From NCBI GenBank assembly GCA_964016885.1, contig OZ024745.1, forward strand, positions 58,652,001-58,716,000: a DNA stretch of 64,000 nucleotides. Direction: 5' to 3'. The notes below the pieces were generated by a model. The model saw only the letters and a list, made by a program, of their open reading frames with translations, searched no databases and was not told the origin of the DNA. How positions within the stretch are numbered: the first letter of the stretch is position 1; each line of letters starts with the position of its first letter. A program made the position numbers and the translations under genes. Shown here piece by piece: positions 43,175-56,866 of the stretch. This stretch comes from Eledone cirrhosa (lineage: Eukaryota).

Positions 43175-43492
43175 ATGTATGTATATATATATATATGTAT
43201 GTATATCACATGTCAGGTCATATATGACTTGGAAACAAGTTATATCACATTATTTTGAGGCTGCAGCAGGACGCAAAACACATGCAAGCTAATTAGTCTT
43301 ATTGCTACAGTTTCAATAGTTGTCCGTACTTGGTTGGTTATTGCTGAATGAAGGAGTTTGACACCACCGCCCTCATTTGATAGGGTGTAGGCTCATTCAT
43401 CTGGAATCTTAGACAGCAGAATGAACAGATGCTTCTTAAAAACATCGACATCTACCCTAATAGATCTGTCATTTTTGTAGCATATTAAAGAG

Positions 43493-43583
<91 letters not shown>

Positions 43584-44246
43584 TGTCTGTCTGTCTGTCT
43601 GTCTGTATGCCTATATGTGTGGTATACTCACAAACACACATGACTTTTGGCCACTTTCATGCTCTGAACTTCGTAATCATAATCGTTGAAATTCATTGTA
43701 ATAAAATGGTAATTTCAGTATTTTGGTAGCAGTATTTATTAAATAATTTCTCCGTAACACGTCTGATAAATGTTGATAAACGTCGAGAAATTAGTACCCT
43801 TTTCATTTAGCTCTTATTCAACTAGAATTAAAGATTGCCTTTAGTTATTATATAAAGTATATTACGACTCCGAAAATGATTAAAAAACATTGTCGTATAA
43901 TTAAGTGGTCGAATAAGCTGGCATCTGCAACACTGTTTAGTTAAGGAGTTCGCTACATTGCTACATGATTCTGGGTTTAATCCCTTTCTACTGCGTAACA
44001 ACTTAGTCATATGACTTCTCCTATAGCCTCGAGTTATACTGTACCTGGTTTCACTCATTGCGAGACTACAGCATGCTGGGGAAATATTTTTAATGTCTGG
44101 TTGGTTATATCGACCACAGTAATTATTTTATCAATCTCTAATTTACAGCACATATATCAATATATAAGCAATATCGATAAATATACACACACACACACGC
44201 ACACACACGCGCACACACGCGCACACGCGCGCACACACACACACGC

Positions 44247-44364
<118 letters not shown>

Positions 44365-45303
44365 CACAGAGCAAATTTGTCTAAAGTGCCATACAGTTGG
44401 ACCGATTCCGGAATCACGTGGTTGTGAAGTGAACATCGATATGTGTGTAAATGTCTTTCCTTGATGTTTCCGGTGTTGGGTACAAACATCTAGCATGAAA
44501 CTAAGGCACTTTGAAATATTAAGTTTAACGCCGAGTCACAGCCCCCCCCCCCTCTCTCTCTCTCTCTCTCAGATACGCAGTGAATCAATGATCGGAAGCT
44601 TGTTACCAACGACGTTATTGTTCACCAATTGCAATATGCAATACATAAAATGAGTGAATCAATTATTCACTAGTAAGAAAGCAAATAATTCTCACCGTCT
44701 AATCAACAAGCGATTGACCTTATCTAAGGAGAGTCCATCAACGAATTGATTAGTTCGTTTAGTTTGATCTAATCCATTAATGAATCGGTATAGGGCAGCA
44801 GTGAATCTACTGTCACTATCTAGTCAATATATGAATTAGTTCAAACTATGGATACCATTTTTTGCCACTTACTGAAAAAATAAACAAAATGTCGGGTCGT
44901 CTAGTCTATAGTCGTTTAACAAGTTATTGAAGAAAACAAAGCCAGCGTACACTCCCGAATATGGCTATAATTGTCAGTCTGGAAGAAGACAAAGATATCA
45001 TCAAGGTCAAAGCAATTATGTAAGATCAAGTATTTCTATTAATTTTGCTTTTGTTTTACATCGTAATTGTTGAACAATAGTGTTGCTGATTACATATTTC
45101 CAACAACTCAGCCACCATTTCGCTATATCTCTGATGATAGACGTGTATTTTACCGATAGACATTTACAAATAAACACGTATTCTACATACAAATATACGT
45201 ATATAAATATACACCTAATAAATATACACCTAAAGTTTTACCAGTAAAACTACTTGGGTAAGAAGAACAAAATGATTATCTTTGGATAAATGTAATAAAT
45301 AGT

Positions 45304-45520
45304 GAAGGCGTGTGGCTGAGTGGTTAGAGAATTGGATTCACAATCTTGAGGTTGTGAGTTCGATTCCTGGACCGGGCGATGCGTTATGTCCTTGAGCAAG
45401 GCACTTTATTTCACGTTGCTCCTTCTACCTGGAGTTGCGACCGATAGATAGTATTAGCAACTGGAAAGACCAACGGAAACATTGTTTCCTCGGTCCGATT
45501 TGACGAAAGTCGATCGCTCC
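45304..45520 (+). mobile_element. Second tRNA-derived SINE family
   Basis: Highly similar to 36361-36578. Confidence 0.85.
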
Positions 45521-45997
45521 TTTTAAATGTAATAAAAGCACATTTTAAGACAAGATCGAAGCAATAATAAAGAAGTGAAATGTTATTTCTATATCACATA
45601 TACGTACATGCATATATATGTACACACCCATACATACATACATATATACGTATATACTTACATCCATCTATCTACTGATCCATATATATACATATACGAT
45701 GAGCGTGAGCTTGCGCATAGTTTCCGCCTCCAAAATTTCACTTGCAATTTATTGGAAAAACTGATGCTATAGTAAAAACATTTAACCAAAGTGTCGCATA
45801 TAATAATTGAACACAGCATCACGTGGTTGCCCAGATAATTTTCTACTCCCACTTTTATATAGGTAGCAAAGTACAGTTTGTTCGCTTTTTACTCGAAGAT
45901 GCGTTCGTGAACGCGGCGCGTAAAGCAAATCCGCGTAATCCAAGTCTAAGTTTCTGATAAATAAAAAATATATAAACCACACGCGCTATAGCGCATT

Positions 45998-46186
45998 GCG
46001 GTGGATTAGCAATATCAGTAGAGGGTCGGACGCCATGCTTTGACGCATAGAGTTACGGCCCTTGCCATTCTGAGTTCAAATCCCGCCAAGGTTAACTTTA
46101 CTTTTCATCCTTATGGGGTCGATAAAATAAAGTACCAGTAATACTCTGGGATAATTGCTGGCCTTGTGCTAAAAGTAGAAACAATT
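45998..46186 (+). mobile_element. MetaSINE-type SINE copy
   Basis: Family homology. Confidence 0.85.
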
Positions 46187-47267
46187 GTGGCATAAATGAA
46201 AAAATATTACCTTTAATTCGGAATTGAGACATGTTTCAAGTCACAGACAGTTGTGAGGTTTCATTTACTGTATCTACAGTGTTTTCGCATACAAATATAT
46301 ATTATATATATTGTATATTATATATTTATATAATAAAAAGTAGACTCCCAGGAAACCGGTGGTAGTCTTTGCCGCCGACATTTCTATAGTGATGTTTGGA
46401 TGTTTGGATAATTCCGTATGTCATTGAGAAAACTGACTAATCTTTCGGGGTTGATCCTTAGTTTGAAGCCATTTCAGTTTTAGTAAATGAATAGTATAAA
46501 TTCATAAACTGATTTACACACATGTGCATCCTAAAATGCTAGAAAAAGCATGATAAAATCCTAATTCCGTAAGGGAATGAATTACATATAGTTAGTGTTA
46601 AAATATAAGTTAATCGAAATTTTTGGAAAATAAAGACAATACAGAGGGGAATAGACCTTTTTGAATGCATCGGGTATGTTTCAGCCTTATTAGTCCTCTT
46701 CGGCGAAACATTTTATATCCAGTTGTTATGACGTTGCAGTGATCATTATTTATAGAAGTAGAAGGAAAGTAGCGACGCTAATTATAAAAATCAACAATAT
46801 GGCTGCGGGAAAACACCGTAAAAAAATTGTAATTATCAGAGATTATTTATGCAGTCATTAGACATAATCTCCTGCTCGTTCAAGTGGTTTAACAACAGTT
46901 CATATATGTTTACTGTTTTCAAAAAGTTGGCTTATAAAGACAACTTCCATTACCATCTGCATCATTTTCCCCAAAACATTTCGATTGTTCATTGTTTATT
47001 TTTAGATTTTAAATAACTCTGAATGGAGTTTTTTCTACTTATTGCATAAGTAATCTCACTTAATCGAAGGTTTTCTCCTTCATATGATGATGATATTGAT
47101 TCAGACTCCGTCTGTTTTGACGATGGTCACATAGCTTTTTGCTCAACTGATCATCCAACTCATAAATTAACATTCCAAAGATACTTGTACTCTTAACATA
47201 ATTCCCTAGCCAAATCAGCGGGACATATGGGACAAGGCTAGACTTATGAATTACAGGTGCAATAAAT

Positions 47268-47422
47268 GTGACGGGCTTCCATACAGTTTTCGTCTATTCA
47301 GTTTCCTTCATAAAGCTCGAGTTCATCCAAAGCTATAGTAAAGACGCCAACACAGTAGAATTGAACACGGGACTTCATGATATCGAACAGAATTTCTTAA
47401 CCATTCAACCGTACCTGCACCC
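47268..47422 (-). mobile_element. Third SINE family, degenerate
   Basis: Minus strand: tRNA-like head ...tactatagc...agacgaaaactgtatggaagcccgtc; related remnant at ~43935-44035. Confidence 0.5.
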
Positions 47423-47649
47423 ACTATACTCCTTATATTAAATATAAGAGACCATATCGTATCAATATTTAGTATGCAGAACAAATCACTGAGGTATTTT
47501 CCATTCCCCATATTGCCCAGGCAAAATCACATTCGAGAGACAATGATGGAACAACACCTCACAAATCCTATAATTAACGAGATTTGTAGTTTTCATTCGC
47601 ACCATTTTTGATGGAAACTGCACTGAAGAGAGATGTGCACATACACACT

Positions 47650-48250
47650 TCTTCATCAATTTATTCTATTCCTGGAAGGGTCGTGGAAATAGAGTCGGCA
47701 AGCACGCCTCTTGTCAGGAGAAACTGTCTCCAATTGATCCGGCTGTATCCAACCATCTTGTTCGGAGTCTATTCCTGGATTTTTCGCCAGTTGGTTTTGC
47801 TCGTTAAATCTGTCCAGCGATTCTTTCCTAAGAGATTCTGAGCACATTTCCTTCGAAGAAGTTGTTGCTCTACCTGGAGCGACTCTCTAATCACCGAGCT
47901 ACGTACTCTATGGTATAACGTTGCTCCAATGACTCTTCGGAGGAACCCCATTTCACCTCCTTGTATTCGCGATCATGTTCTTTCGGTTATTATCCAAGAT
48001 TCATGACCCTAGGTAAGGGTTGGCACGAATACCTAATTGAAGATAGCGAGTTTGGGTTTTACACCCACCTCGCTTCTTCTGATGACCAAATTTTTCCACT
48101 TAATTCAGCCTCCAGCCTTCAATCATTCGTTAAAACGGCCCGAGATACTTGAACTTCCCCACCTACTTCAGTGGAACTTCATAAACATTTAAAGTGCACT
48201 GCGTAGGCTTCTTTGAAAGAACAAATGTCTCAGTCTTTGCAATACTGATT
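47650..48250 (-). pseudogene. Degenerate RTE LINE 3' fragment
   Basis: MGFLRRVIGATLYHRVRSSVIRESLQVEQQLLR...RWTD...QLETVSPDKRRACR; same family as 20440 and 36670. Confidence 0.75.
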
Positions 48251-48289
48251 TTCGTACATACACACACATATATCACATTTATACATATA

Positions 48290-48398
<109 letters not shown>

Positions 48399-48824
48399 GA
48401 TAGTTAGTTCCTTAGTGAGATATTTATATGCATAAATCCAGCTATGTTTTCTTCTGTTTTATTTATCTACCTTTGCTCTTCTTCTTTGAGCCCCCCCCCC
48501 CTCTCTCTCTCTCTCTCTGTTCAAATACATCCCTACTAGGCTATAATAAACTATTTTAATGTTACTGCAACAAGTACAAACTAGTACAAAGTAAGAATAA
48601 CAATAATATTGTTGTAGTAAAATACCTACAAAAATAACAAAAGCTAATAGAAACTGCAGTAACAGCAATAACAACTATAAACATAGTCTAAACAAACAAT
48701 CAACTATTTTCTGTATGAAGTGGACAAACCTATACAAATATACAGGGAACAGATTATTGATTTCTATCAGATATATTGTATTTACACGAGTTCTTTGTTT
48801 CTTCATTTCTGTCCATTACATCTT

Positions 48825-48905
<81 letters not shown>

Positions 48906-49565
48906 TATATATATAAATACACACATATATTATATATATAAATACACACATATATTATATATATATAAATCTATATATACATGTGTGTATTTATGTATGT
49001 ATAAATATATATGTATATATGTATGTATATACGTACATAAATATCTATTTATATTCGAATGTGCGTATGTGTCTGTGTGTTTGTGAGCGAGCGGTGTTTC
49101 TGTGCGACTGGTGTGCGAATGTGTGTGTGTGTGCATGTAAGCATGTATTATTTGTTACTATAGTTTTATTTTTTCTTATTTCCTTGTGTCTCTATATTTT
49201 CAAGGACATTGAGCATCATAGTGTGGGAGTTAAACTTTTAGTGTCAAACCAGTTAAACGAACGAACCGGTTTCATAATTCTGGTTGAAAACAGTAACCGT
49301 CACGTACGCTGTGAGACATGTTCAAGATATGAACATGTCATGGTAATTTTGTCACTTCTGTCCTTTAAATTATAGAGCCCCTTTTTTCATAGCCAAAGCA
49401 AACTTCATTTATCTCGCAGATTTTAGGTAAAAGTGGAAAAAATCGGTAAATTTATAGTGAGAAATTATTTTTCATGTGCTATCAACTAGTCTAACTTCTG
49501 AACATACCGGAAAGGATTTTTTCCTCCGAAAAGGGTTGGAGAAAGTGGAGGTCCTCCAATATATA

Positions 49566-49720
<155 letters not shown>

Positions 49721-49900
49721 GTTCAAGAGTAACCAGTCTTAAAGAGAGAGAGATGGAGAGAGTAGAGGAGATATGAGAGGAGAGATTGGTGAGTTAGTTA
49801 GAAGCCAAAGCGTAAAGGCATGTGCTCAATGTGCAATATGCAGTAGAAAGCAGCTAGGTGGCTGGGTTCATGCAGAAGTTAGGTGCGCAGAGCTGGAAAT

Positions 49901-50268
49901 ATTCATTAGTTAAGCAAAACAAGGCCACAAACTTCACAAGGAAGACATTATTAAAAGATTGTAATATTATTCCATTATTATGTAACATTATCCCATTATT
50001 TTAATTTATATTCCTTTGAAGTTCCGATGAGCCACTCTGTTTTTTAAATATGTTAATTATTTTAAACTGAACCAGATCAATTATGATATATAATCATCTG
50101 ATCCAGAAATATTATGTGGAGTAGCGAAACAATTGTAAACGGACATTATTATTATCAATATTATTATTATTATTCTCTACATTCCTTACATCAAACTAAA
50201 ATATGTTGACAATCTTTTAATAATGTCTTCCTTGTGAAGTTTGTGGCCTTGTTTTGCTTAACTAATGT
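49901..50268 (+). mobile_element. PLE-type element with inverted terminal arms and HHR
   Basis: 49903-49962 inverts 50209-50268; HHR at 50021-50140. Confidence 0.6.
50021..50140 (+). ncRNA. Hammerhead variant (core CCGAUGA, 95-nt stem II region)
   Basis: gtt-CCGATGA-gccactc...ggagtagc-GAAAC-aatt-GTA-aac. Confidence 0.6.
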
Positions 50269-50429
50269 ATATATATATATATTAAAGATTTAAACAAGAT
50301 TCAATGAGTATATCAAAGAATGAATTTTACAGTAGATTGGAAGCACTCTACGGAAAAAAATAATTTTCCAGAGTAATTAATATTAAAATACAAATATTAA
50401 TAAAATAGATGTTCTTTTCATCAATTACA

Positions 50430-50480
50430 TTTTATTATACATATTTCTGATGTACAACAGTACGTCCTCATCAGACAAAA
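50430..50480 (-). ncRNA. Type I hammerhead ribozyme in a minus-strand PLE 3' end
   Basis: ttttgt-CTGATGA-ggacgtactgttgtacatca-GAAATATGTA-taataaaa; same subtype as 7707. Confidence 0.6.
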
Positions 50481-52497
50481 TATAATGATACATGACATAC
50501 CCTGAGATGTTAAATGGTTAAGATTTAATCAAGGTAGTGATTAACCTAAGAGAAAATTTAACATTTATACCCTAATAATGAGAGAATGCGAAAACGTAAT
50601 AAATTCAATAGAGGATGTGCGAGTAAGAAAAACGTTGCTTAATGTAACAGTTATAGAGATTTTAAAATGTATGATACTACAATTTATGTTTATCTAGGAA
50701 AACATCTCATGAATTATAACAGTCAATGAGAGCCACTGGAATAGGATTTATAGAGAGGGAAAGATAAGGGGGGTAATATATGCAGAAGGAGATTTTTTCC
50801 GAAAGTTAAACGGTTAAGTTTGAAAATATTTAATTTATGCTATTTTAGAATCAAGATTTTAGGTTTTTTTTTTTTAATTGCTGGTTATTTATATATTAGT
50901 TTTGTAAATTCTATAAGTGTGTTAACATTTCTAAACTTCTGAATTTTATGAGGATAACATTTAAACGATTTAGCTGGCCAGCGGAAAGGATGTTTACACT
51001 GTTGAATATTTTCCTAAATGTAAACTTTAACGAAGATAATCATTGTCAACATATTAGGTATGTAAAGCTTATGAAGTACAAATAAACATATACGTAAGTC
51101 CATACACGCATATATAAACATATATATAAAAATATATATACACAAACACATGCATACATCAATACAAATACATATAAACAAATATATACATACATAAGTA
51201 ATATATATAATATATATATATACTATACTGTATATATAAATATATATAATATATATATATACTATATATATAAATATTATATATATATATAATTAAATAT
51301 ATATATATATTATAATTAAACTATATATATAAATTATAATTAAACTTATAATATTTCTACTTATTTCCAAAACAATCTTACCCACTCTGTTTTAATATAT
51401 TGTTATCTCTAAATAATATTTGCTATAATTTCACTTCTTAAAATTTCTTAAAATATATACATATATGATCCTAACTTTTAAATTTTTAAATTTTAACTTT
51501 AATTTTAATATTTTTAAAGGTTTTTTTAATTCTTTATTTTTTATTTTTTATTTCTTAAAATTTTCATATATTTTAAAAATTACTTATTATTTGTTTAAAA
51601 ATTTACTTATCTCTTATAAATTATTTAAAAAAAATTTTCAAGAAATTTTAATATTTTTAAATATTTTTTAAATAAAATTTTTTATATTTTTTAATATCTT
51701 TTATTAAATTTATAACCACTAACTAATTCAGGCTAAATATATCTTTTAACATTTAAACTTATTTTGGCAAAATGGTCTCATACTAACTAATAAATAAACT
51801 AAACTGGAATTTTTTCCGTATCTTCCCAATTTAAAATATATAAATATAAATATACTTATTAACTCAGTAAACTTAATTACTTATATTAAATACAAACCAA
51901 TATCCTTCATAACTCATTAAAACAATTATCTATAACACGATATACCCATCTATCCATTTATCTATCTATTTATCTATTTATTGATTTATTTCTCTATTTA
52001 TATTTATATATTTTTTTTTCTATTTATTTTTCTATCTATCTATATATTTATTTTTCCATATATTTTTCTATCTAATTTTATATATATTTATTTTTCTATA
52101 TATATCTATTTATTTTTCTATCTATTTACTTATAACAGTAAATATTATATTAGAAAAGAATTTTAACAATTAAATAATCGTAAATATACGTACCATTAGT
52201 AGATATATACTTAAAATGTATTCCCCCATATTAAGCTTACATGAGTTCTATTCATCCTCTTGTTAATTTCTTCTCTCTATCTCTCTCGTAATATTAATAT
52301 TTTTTCTCTCTCTCTTTCTTCTCTATCTTTCTCCAGTGTTATTTAAATAAACGGTTGTTTTTCAATTATTTACATATTCATTTGCATATTCACACATAAG
52401 TTTGAATAATCCCTAATATATTTCCACTATCCAGTGAATTTCCAACCGATAAGTTATGTTTTTCATGGGTTCGTCTCTATTTATAAAACAAACTTTG

Positions 52498-52562
52498 TAT
52501 TTTATCTAATGAAAGCGCACCAATGTTGTTTTGGTTGCCCTTGAAATATATATAATAAAATA
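52498..52562 (+). ncRNA. Degenerate hammerhead (core CUAAUGA)
   Basis: Downstream aataaatatggttttataaatatagtttccatttatt matches the sequence after the 7707 HHR. Confidence 0.45.
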
Positions 52563-53137
52563 AATATGGTTTTATAAATATAGTTTCCATTTATTTAATA
52601 TCATTGTATATATATATATATATATATATTATGGAATACTGTTGGCTTTTTGTTACAATGGTTTCTATACCTTTCATTTATATATATATATATATATATG
52701 AAATATAAGAATCAAAGAACTGTTCAAAACATTATTGTGCTTACAGCTGTTTCCTCCAAACCGAGGTTTGGATTCTTCGGAGCAATTTATTAATGCATGG
52801 ACAGTTATATGACCTCCTTTTCAGCCGAGAGACATACCAATACATATTCAAACATTGATACATATTCAAACATTGTGGGTCAACATTCATTACAGAATTT
52901 AGAGTGGCAGTACACACTTCGAGATTACATTTATATTAATAGGTACAATCAAAAATCAAAGATATAGGTTAAAGTACAACATGAAGATAAGTGGTTATAT
53001 AGTGCAAATGTTATATGTGTGGCACGCATGTGCGTCTTGTTTATATAGTGTGGCAGAGAGATATGTGTGGTAGAGGCACTTAGGTAGGTAAATAAGAGTG
53101 TTAGGTTGGTAGATCTGGTGGCAAAGTCTTTATATGA

Positions 53138-55375
53138 CTTAACTCCTTTGAAAATGACCTAGTTAAACTAGTTAAGAACATTAAATACAATAAGCACCTT
53201 ATTAGAAGCAACACCTTCTTAAACAAACTTAACACTTCTATTAGTGGATTCAAAACTAGTAATAAAATTATTGTACACGCAGATAAAACTAATAACATAT
53301 ACAGCCTAGATTATATTACTTATAGAAAGTTTATATATAATGAACTACATAAAAGCTACAAAAAAACCACCTTGAAAAACTTAGAAGATATTAATGTAGA
53401 GGGTTATAATATAGTGTCTAAACTAGGACTACAGAGGCATACACAACCTTTCACTCCGAACCCCCCTAGATTCTCTCTGAAGGACCATAAGGAGAACTTC
53501 ATCAGCAACCCCACGATAAGACTTATCTGCCCTTCCAAGTCCGACATTGGTATTATCAGCAAGAAGATTTTGGATAAAATCATCCCACAAATTAAACACA
53601 AGATACACCTTAAACAATGGGGAAATACGGGTGAAGTAATTGAATGGTTTAAGGATATCAAGAATAATAAGAACAAAAAATTTATTCAATTTGATATCAA
53701 TTCATACTACACCTCTATTTCCCCTATCCTATTAAATAAGGCACTTATCATGGCCATGACCAATAGCGACCTGACTAGAGCCCAGGTTGATGTCATCCTT
53801 GCGGCCCGTAAAACCATAATCACCTTCGAGGACCAACTATGGACACGCAAGGATACGCACAACAACTTCGACATAACCATGGGATCTAGTGACTCGGCGC
53901 AGGTCACTGATTTGGTCGGCCTATACCTCCTCAATGAAATCCATAAAGACCTCCCTTACCTCAACGGTGGTTTGTACCGCGATGATGCACTTCTACTCAT
54001 AGAATATAAAAAATTTAATATAGAAAGAACTAGAAAACAACTGCATAAGACATTCAAAAACTTTAACCTTAGTATCACCATGGACAAAAACACTAAAAAT
54101 GTTAACTTCCTAGACGCCACACTATACCTAGACTCAAAAATATATACACCCTTCCATAAGCCTAATGAGAAACTTATTTACGTAGATACCAAGTCTAATC
54201 ACCCTAGATCAATATTAAACTCTATCTCTAAGGGGGTGTCCAATAGAATCTCTAGTCTGTCCTATGACGCAAACATATTTAGCAAAAACTCACAATATTA
54301 CAATCAAGCATTAGCTAGCTCCGGCCATAATATAGAAATTGAGTTCCTACCTAAGAAAACACATAGCTACAACATCATCTCGCACAACATGTCCATGAGG
54401 AAATCTAATAATAGGAATAGCAACCACAAGTACACCAAAGCGGAGGGTGCCACCGGAAGTAACCATTACCATGGAAACTACTGTGAGGCCTTAGGAGGAA
54501 GCAACACACCAAACACTAAAAGCAAAAATAGAAGAAGAAATAATACATTTTTCAACCCTCCTTTCAACCTAAATGTCTCCACCAACATACCTAGGGCTTT
54601 CTTCTCACTACTAGATAAAAACTTCCCTCTAGGACACAAGTACCACAACCTCTTAAACAAAAACACCATTAAAATCTCATACTCCACGACGCCTAACTTA
54701 GCATACCACATAGCTAGCAGCAATAATAGTAAAATTAGTTCTTACTTCCAACAAACAAAATCGCAACGGGATGCAAACCCTCTAAATACCACTGTAGCAA
54801 GCAACAATAGCAACGGCAGTAACAATAGAAATAACACTAGTATAAGTAATAACACCAGGGTTGTCAACCTGAACACCCAAAATCCTATACCCACCACACA
54901 GACTTCCGCATTGCATTATAACCAGCGGACTAACGCACAGAATAATTGTAACTGTAGAGCTAATAGAACCTGCCCTTTAGATAAAAAATGCCTAACCAAG
55001 GATGTCATATACTCATGCACAGTCACGACTAATAACTCTTCAGAAACCTATGTAGGCTCCACTTCTAACTGCTTCAAAATTAGATATAACTCGCACATCC
55101 ACTCGTTCAAAAAGCACAGCCTAGCCAACTCCACCTCACTTTCTAGCTACATTCACTATCTAAAATCTAAAAATAAACCATACACACTCAAATGGGAAGT
55201 GATAGGCAGCGCGACCTCGTACAAACCACCTAATAAATTCTGTAACCTCTGTATACTAGAGACACACAATATTATCTTCTCCAACCGTAACCTACTTAAC
55301 AAAAAATCTGAGGTGTTTGCAACTTGCCAGCACCGCCTCAGACATTCCTTCCAAAACTTTAAGCCCCATATATAG
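53138..55375 (+). CDS. PLE polyprotein (reverse transcriptase plus C-terminal GIY-YIG endonuclease), N-terminus truncated
   Basis: Open from the inversion junction: HADKTNN, PTIRLI, IQFDINSYYTSI, FDITMGS, GLYRDD, VNFLD, SNHP, CNCxxxxxCP, VIYSC..TYVG, RYNSH, CNLC..E..LLN..E..CQH. Confidence 0.92.
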   Translation, partial: LNSFENDLVKLVKNIKYNKHLIRSNTFLNKLNTSISGFKTSNKIIVHADKTNNIYSLDYITYRKFIYNELHKSYKKTTLKNLEDINVEGYNIVSKLGLQRHTQPFTPNPPRFSLKDHKENFISNPTIRLICPSKSDIGIISKKILDKIIPQIKHKIHLKQWGNTGEVIEWFKDIKNNKNKKFIQFDINSYYTSISPILLNKALIMAMTNSDLTRAQVDVILAARKTIITFEDQLWTRKDTHNNFDITMGSSDSAQVTDLVGLYLLNEIHKDLPYLNGGLYRDDALLLIEYKKFNIERTRKQLHKTFKNFNLSITMDKNTKNVNFLDATLYLDSKIYTPFHKPNEKLIYVDTKSNHPRSILNSISKGVSNRISSLSYDANIFSKNSQYYNQALASSGHNIEIEFLPKKTHSYNIISHNMSMRKSNNRNSNHKYTKAEGATGSNHYHGNYCEALGGSNTPNTKSKNRRRNNTFFNPPFNLNVSTNIPRAFFSLLDKNFPLGHKYHNLLNKNTIKISYSTTPNLAYHIASSNNSKISSYFQQTKSQRDANPLNTTVASNNSNGSNNRNNTSISNNTRVVNLNTQNPIPTTQTSALHYNQRTNAQNNCNCRANRTCPLDKKCLTKDVIYSCTVTTNNSSETYVGSTSNCFKIRYNSHIHSFKKHSLANSTSLSSYIHYLKSKNKPYTLKWEVIGSATSYKPPNKFCNLCILETHNIIFSNRNLLNKKSEVFATCQHRLRHSFQNFKPHI

Positions 55376-56819
55376 CAATGTCGGACTGGAACCTAACACC
55401 ACATCTAGCATCAAACACCAGAGACACACCCTATACTACATACCCAACACTAGCTGATCCATTATAACACAAACAACGACATCCCTCTGGAACCCTTCGC
55501 AGGGAAAATACCCATTTATACCTCTACGGCAGGTGTGACAACATCCACCCACCTGGACGGCACTACACCGCTCTAAGGGTAATTTGAGCATGAATTGATC
55601 GGTTGGATGGTGTTGGGCAGAGGAAACACCTTCCTTAGACAGATGTAAAATGATTTAATCGAGTAGCGCTGTTGACCAGTAGGACCAGGCTGCTGAACGC
55701 AGTGAGTGAATGCAATGCAACTGCCGTGCGGGTTGTACGTATATGGATGATCTGACGGTCAGAGAGGGGTCGCGAGGACTGCGGATTGACCTTTGGCCTG
55801 CCTGGGGATGATTATCTTTCGACATCCAATGTAGCAAGCGATGACCCAGATCTTACCAGAGATCATTGGGTCCTGAAGCAATCCTGCAATCACCGCGCCT
55901 GGTCATATGAGCAGACTACAACCATAGAGATCATTAATTTTAGAATCCTCGCTCATCATCTATAATTTCCATTTGTAGCACCTTAAGATGGGTTAATCCA
56001 CCCTAATAATAATATGATCACCTTCAGCATAATTTAGTTAAACTACTCTATAGTTAGTACACTTTATGCTTTAAAAGTCTCTCTTGGAAGGTGCACCTCA
56101 CCATAGAATTTAGGGTCTATATTGAGACACATTTTAATGGCTAGATATAGAAACCCCAGAGTTACCTCCCCGCATGCATTAACTCCCCTTAGCCACACAC
56201 ACACTTCCGGTATTCAATGGCGTCTCTCGAAACGTAACAACCTCCTGTATCGAACTAAAGAACACCAGACTACGATCTCTAACTGGATTGTCGTGGATTA
56301 TGTGAAAGGCATATAATCGAAATATACACTCCCTTGACCATGAAAATACCGAAGTACATGAATTACTTGACATCCCTGCGCTGTGCATCTCCAATACTTA
56401 TAACACTTTTAATGCTTGCACTATCTTTAATGCTTATAATATTTCTCCACACACAGACTATATCAATCATATAAAGACTTTGCCACCAGATCTACCAACC
56501 TAACACTCTTATTTACCTACCTAAGTGCCTCTACCACACATATCTCTCTGCCACACTATATAAACAAGACGCACATGCGTGCCACACATATAACATTTGC
56601 ACTATATAACCACTTATCTTCATGTTGTACTTTAACCTATATCTTTGATTTTTGATTGTACCTATTAATATAAATGTAATCTCGAAGTGTGTACTGCCAC
56701 TCTAAATTCTGTAATGAATGTTGACCCACAATGTTTGAATATGTATCAATGTTTGAATATGTATTGGTATGTCTCTCGGCTGAAAAGGAGGTCATATAAC
56801 TGTCCATGCATTAATAAAT

Positions 56820-56866
56820 TGCTCCGAAGAATCCAAACCTCGGTTTGGAGGAAACAGCTGTAAGCA
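56820..56866 (+). ncRNA. Minimal type I hammerhead, core CCGAAGA (inverted copy at 52738-52784)
   Basis: tgct-CCGAAGA-a-tccaaacc-tc-ggtttgga-g-GAAAC-agct-GTA-agca. Confidence 0.75.

Noticed and set aside
53138-56466. Selenoprotein-type Naiad (in-frame UGA plus SECIS)
   Set aside because: Conserved Cys positions are TGT/TGC in the 53138 and 41243 frames (one is CGC in the 8990 copy); no in-frame TGA and no convincing SECIS by eye.
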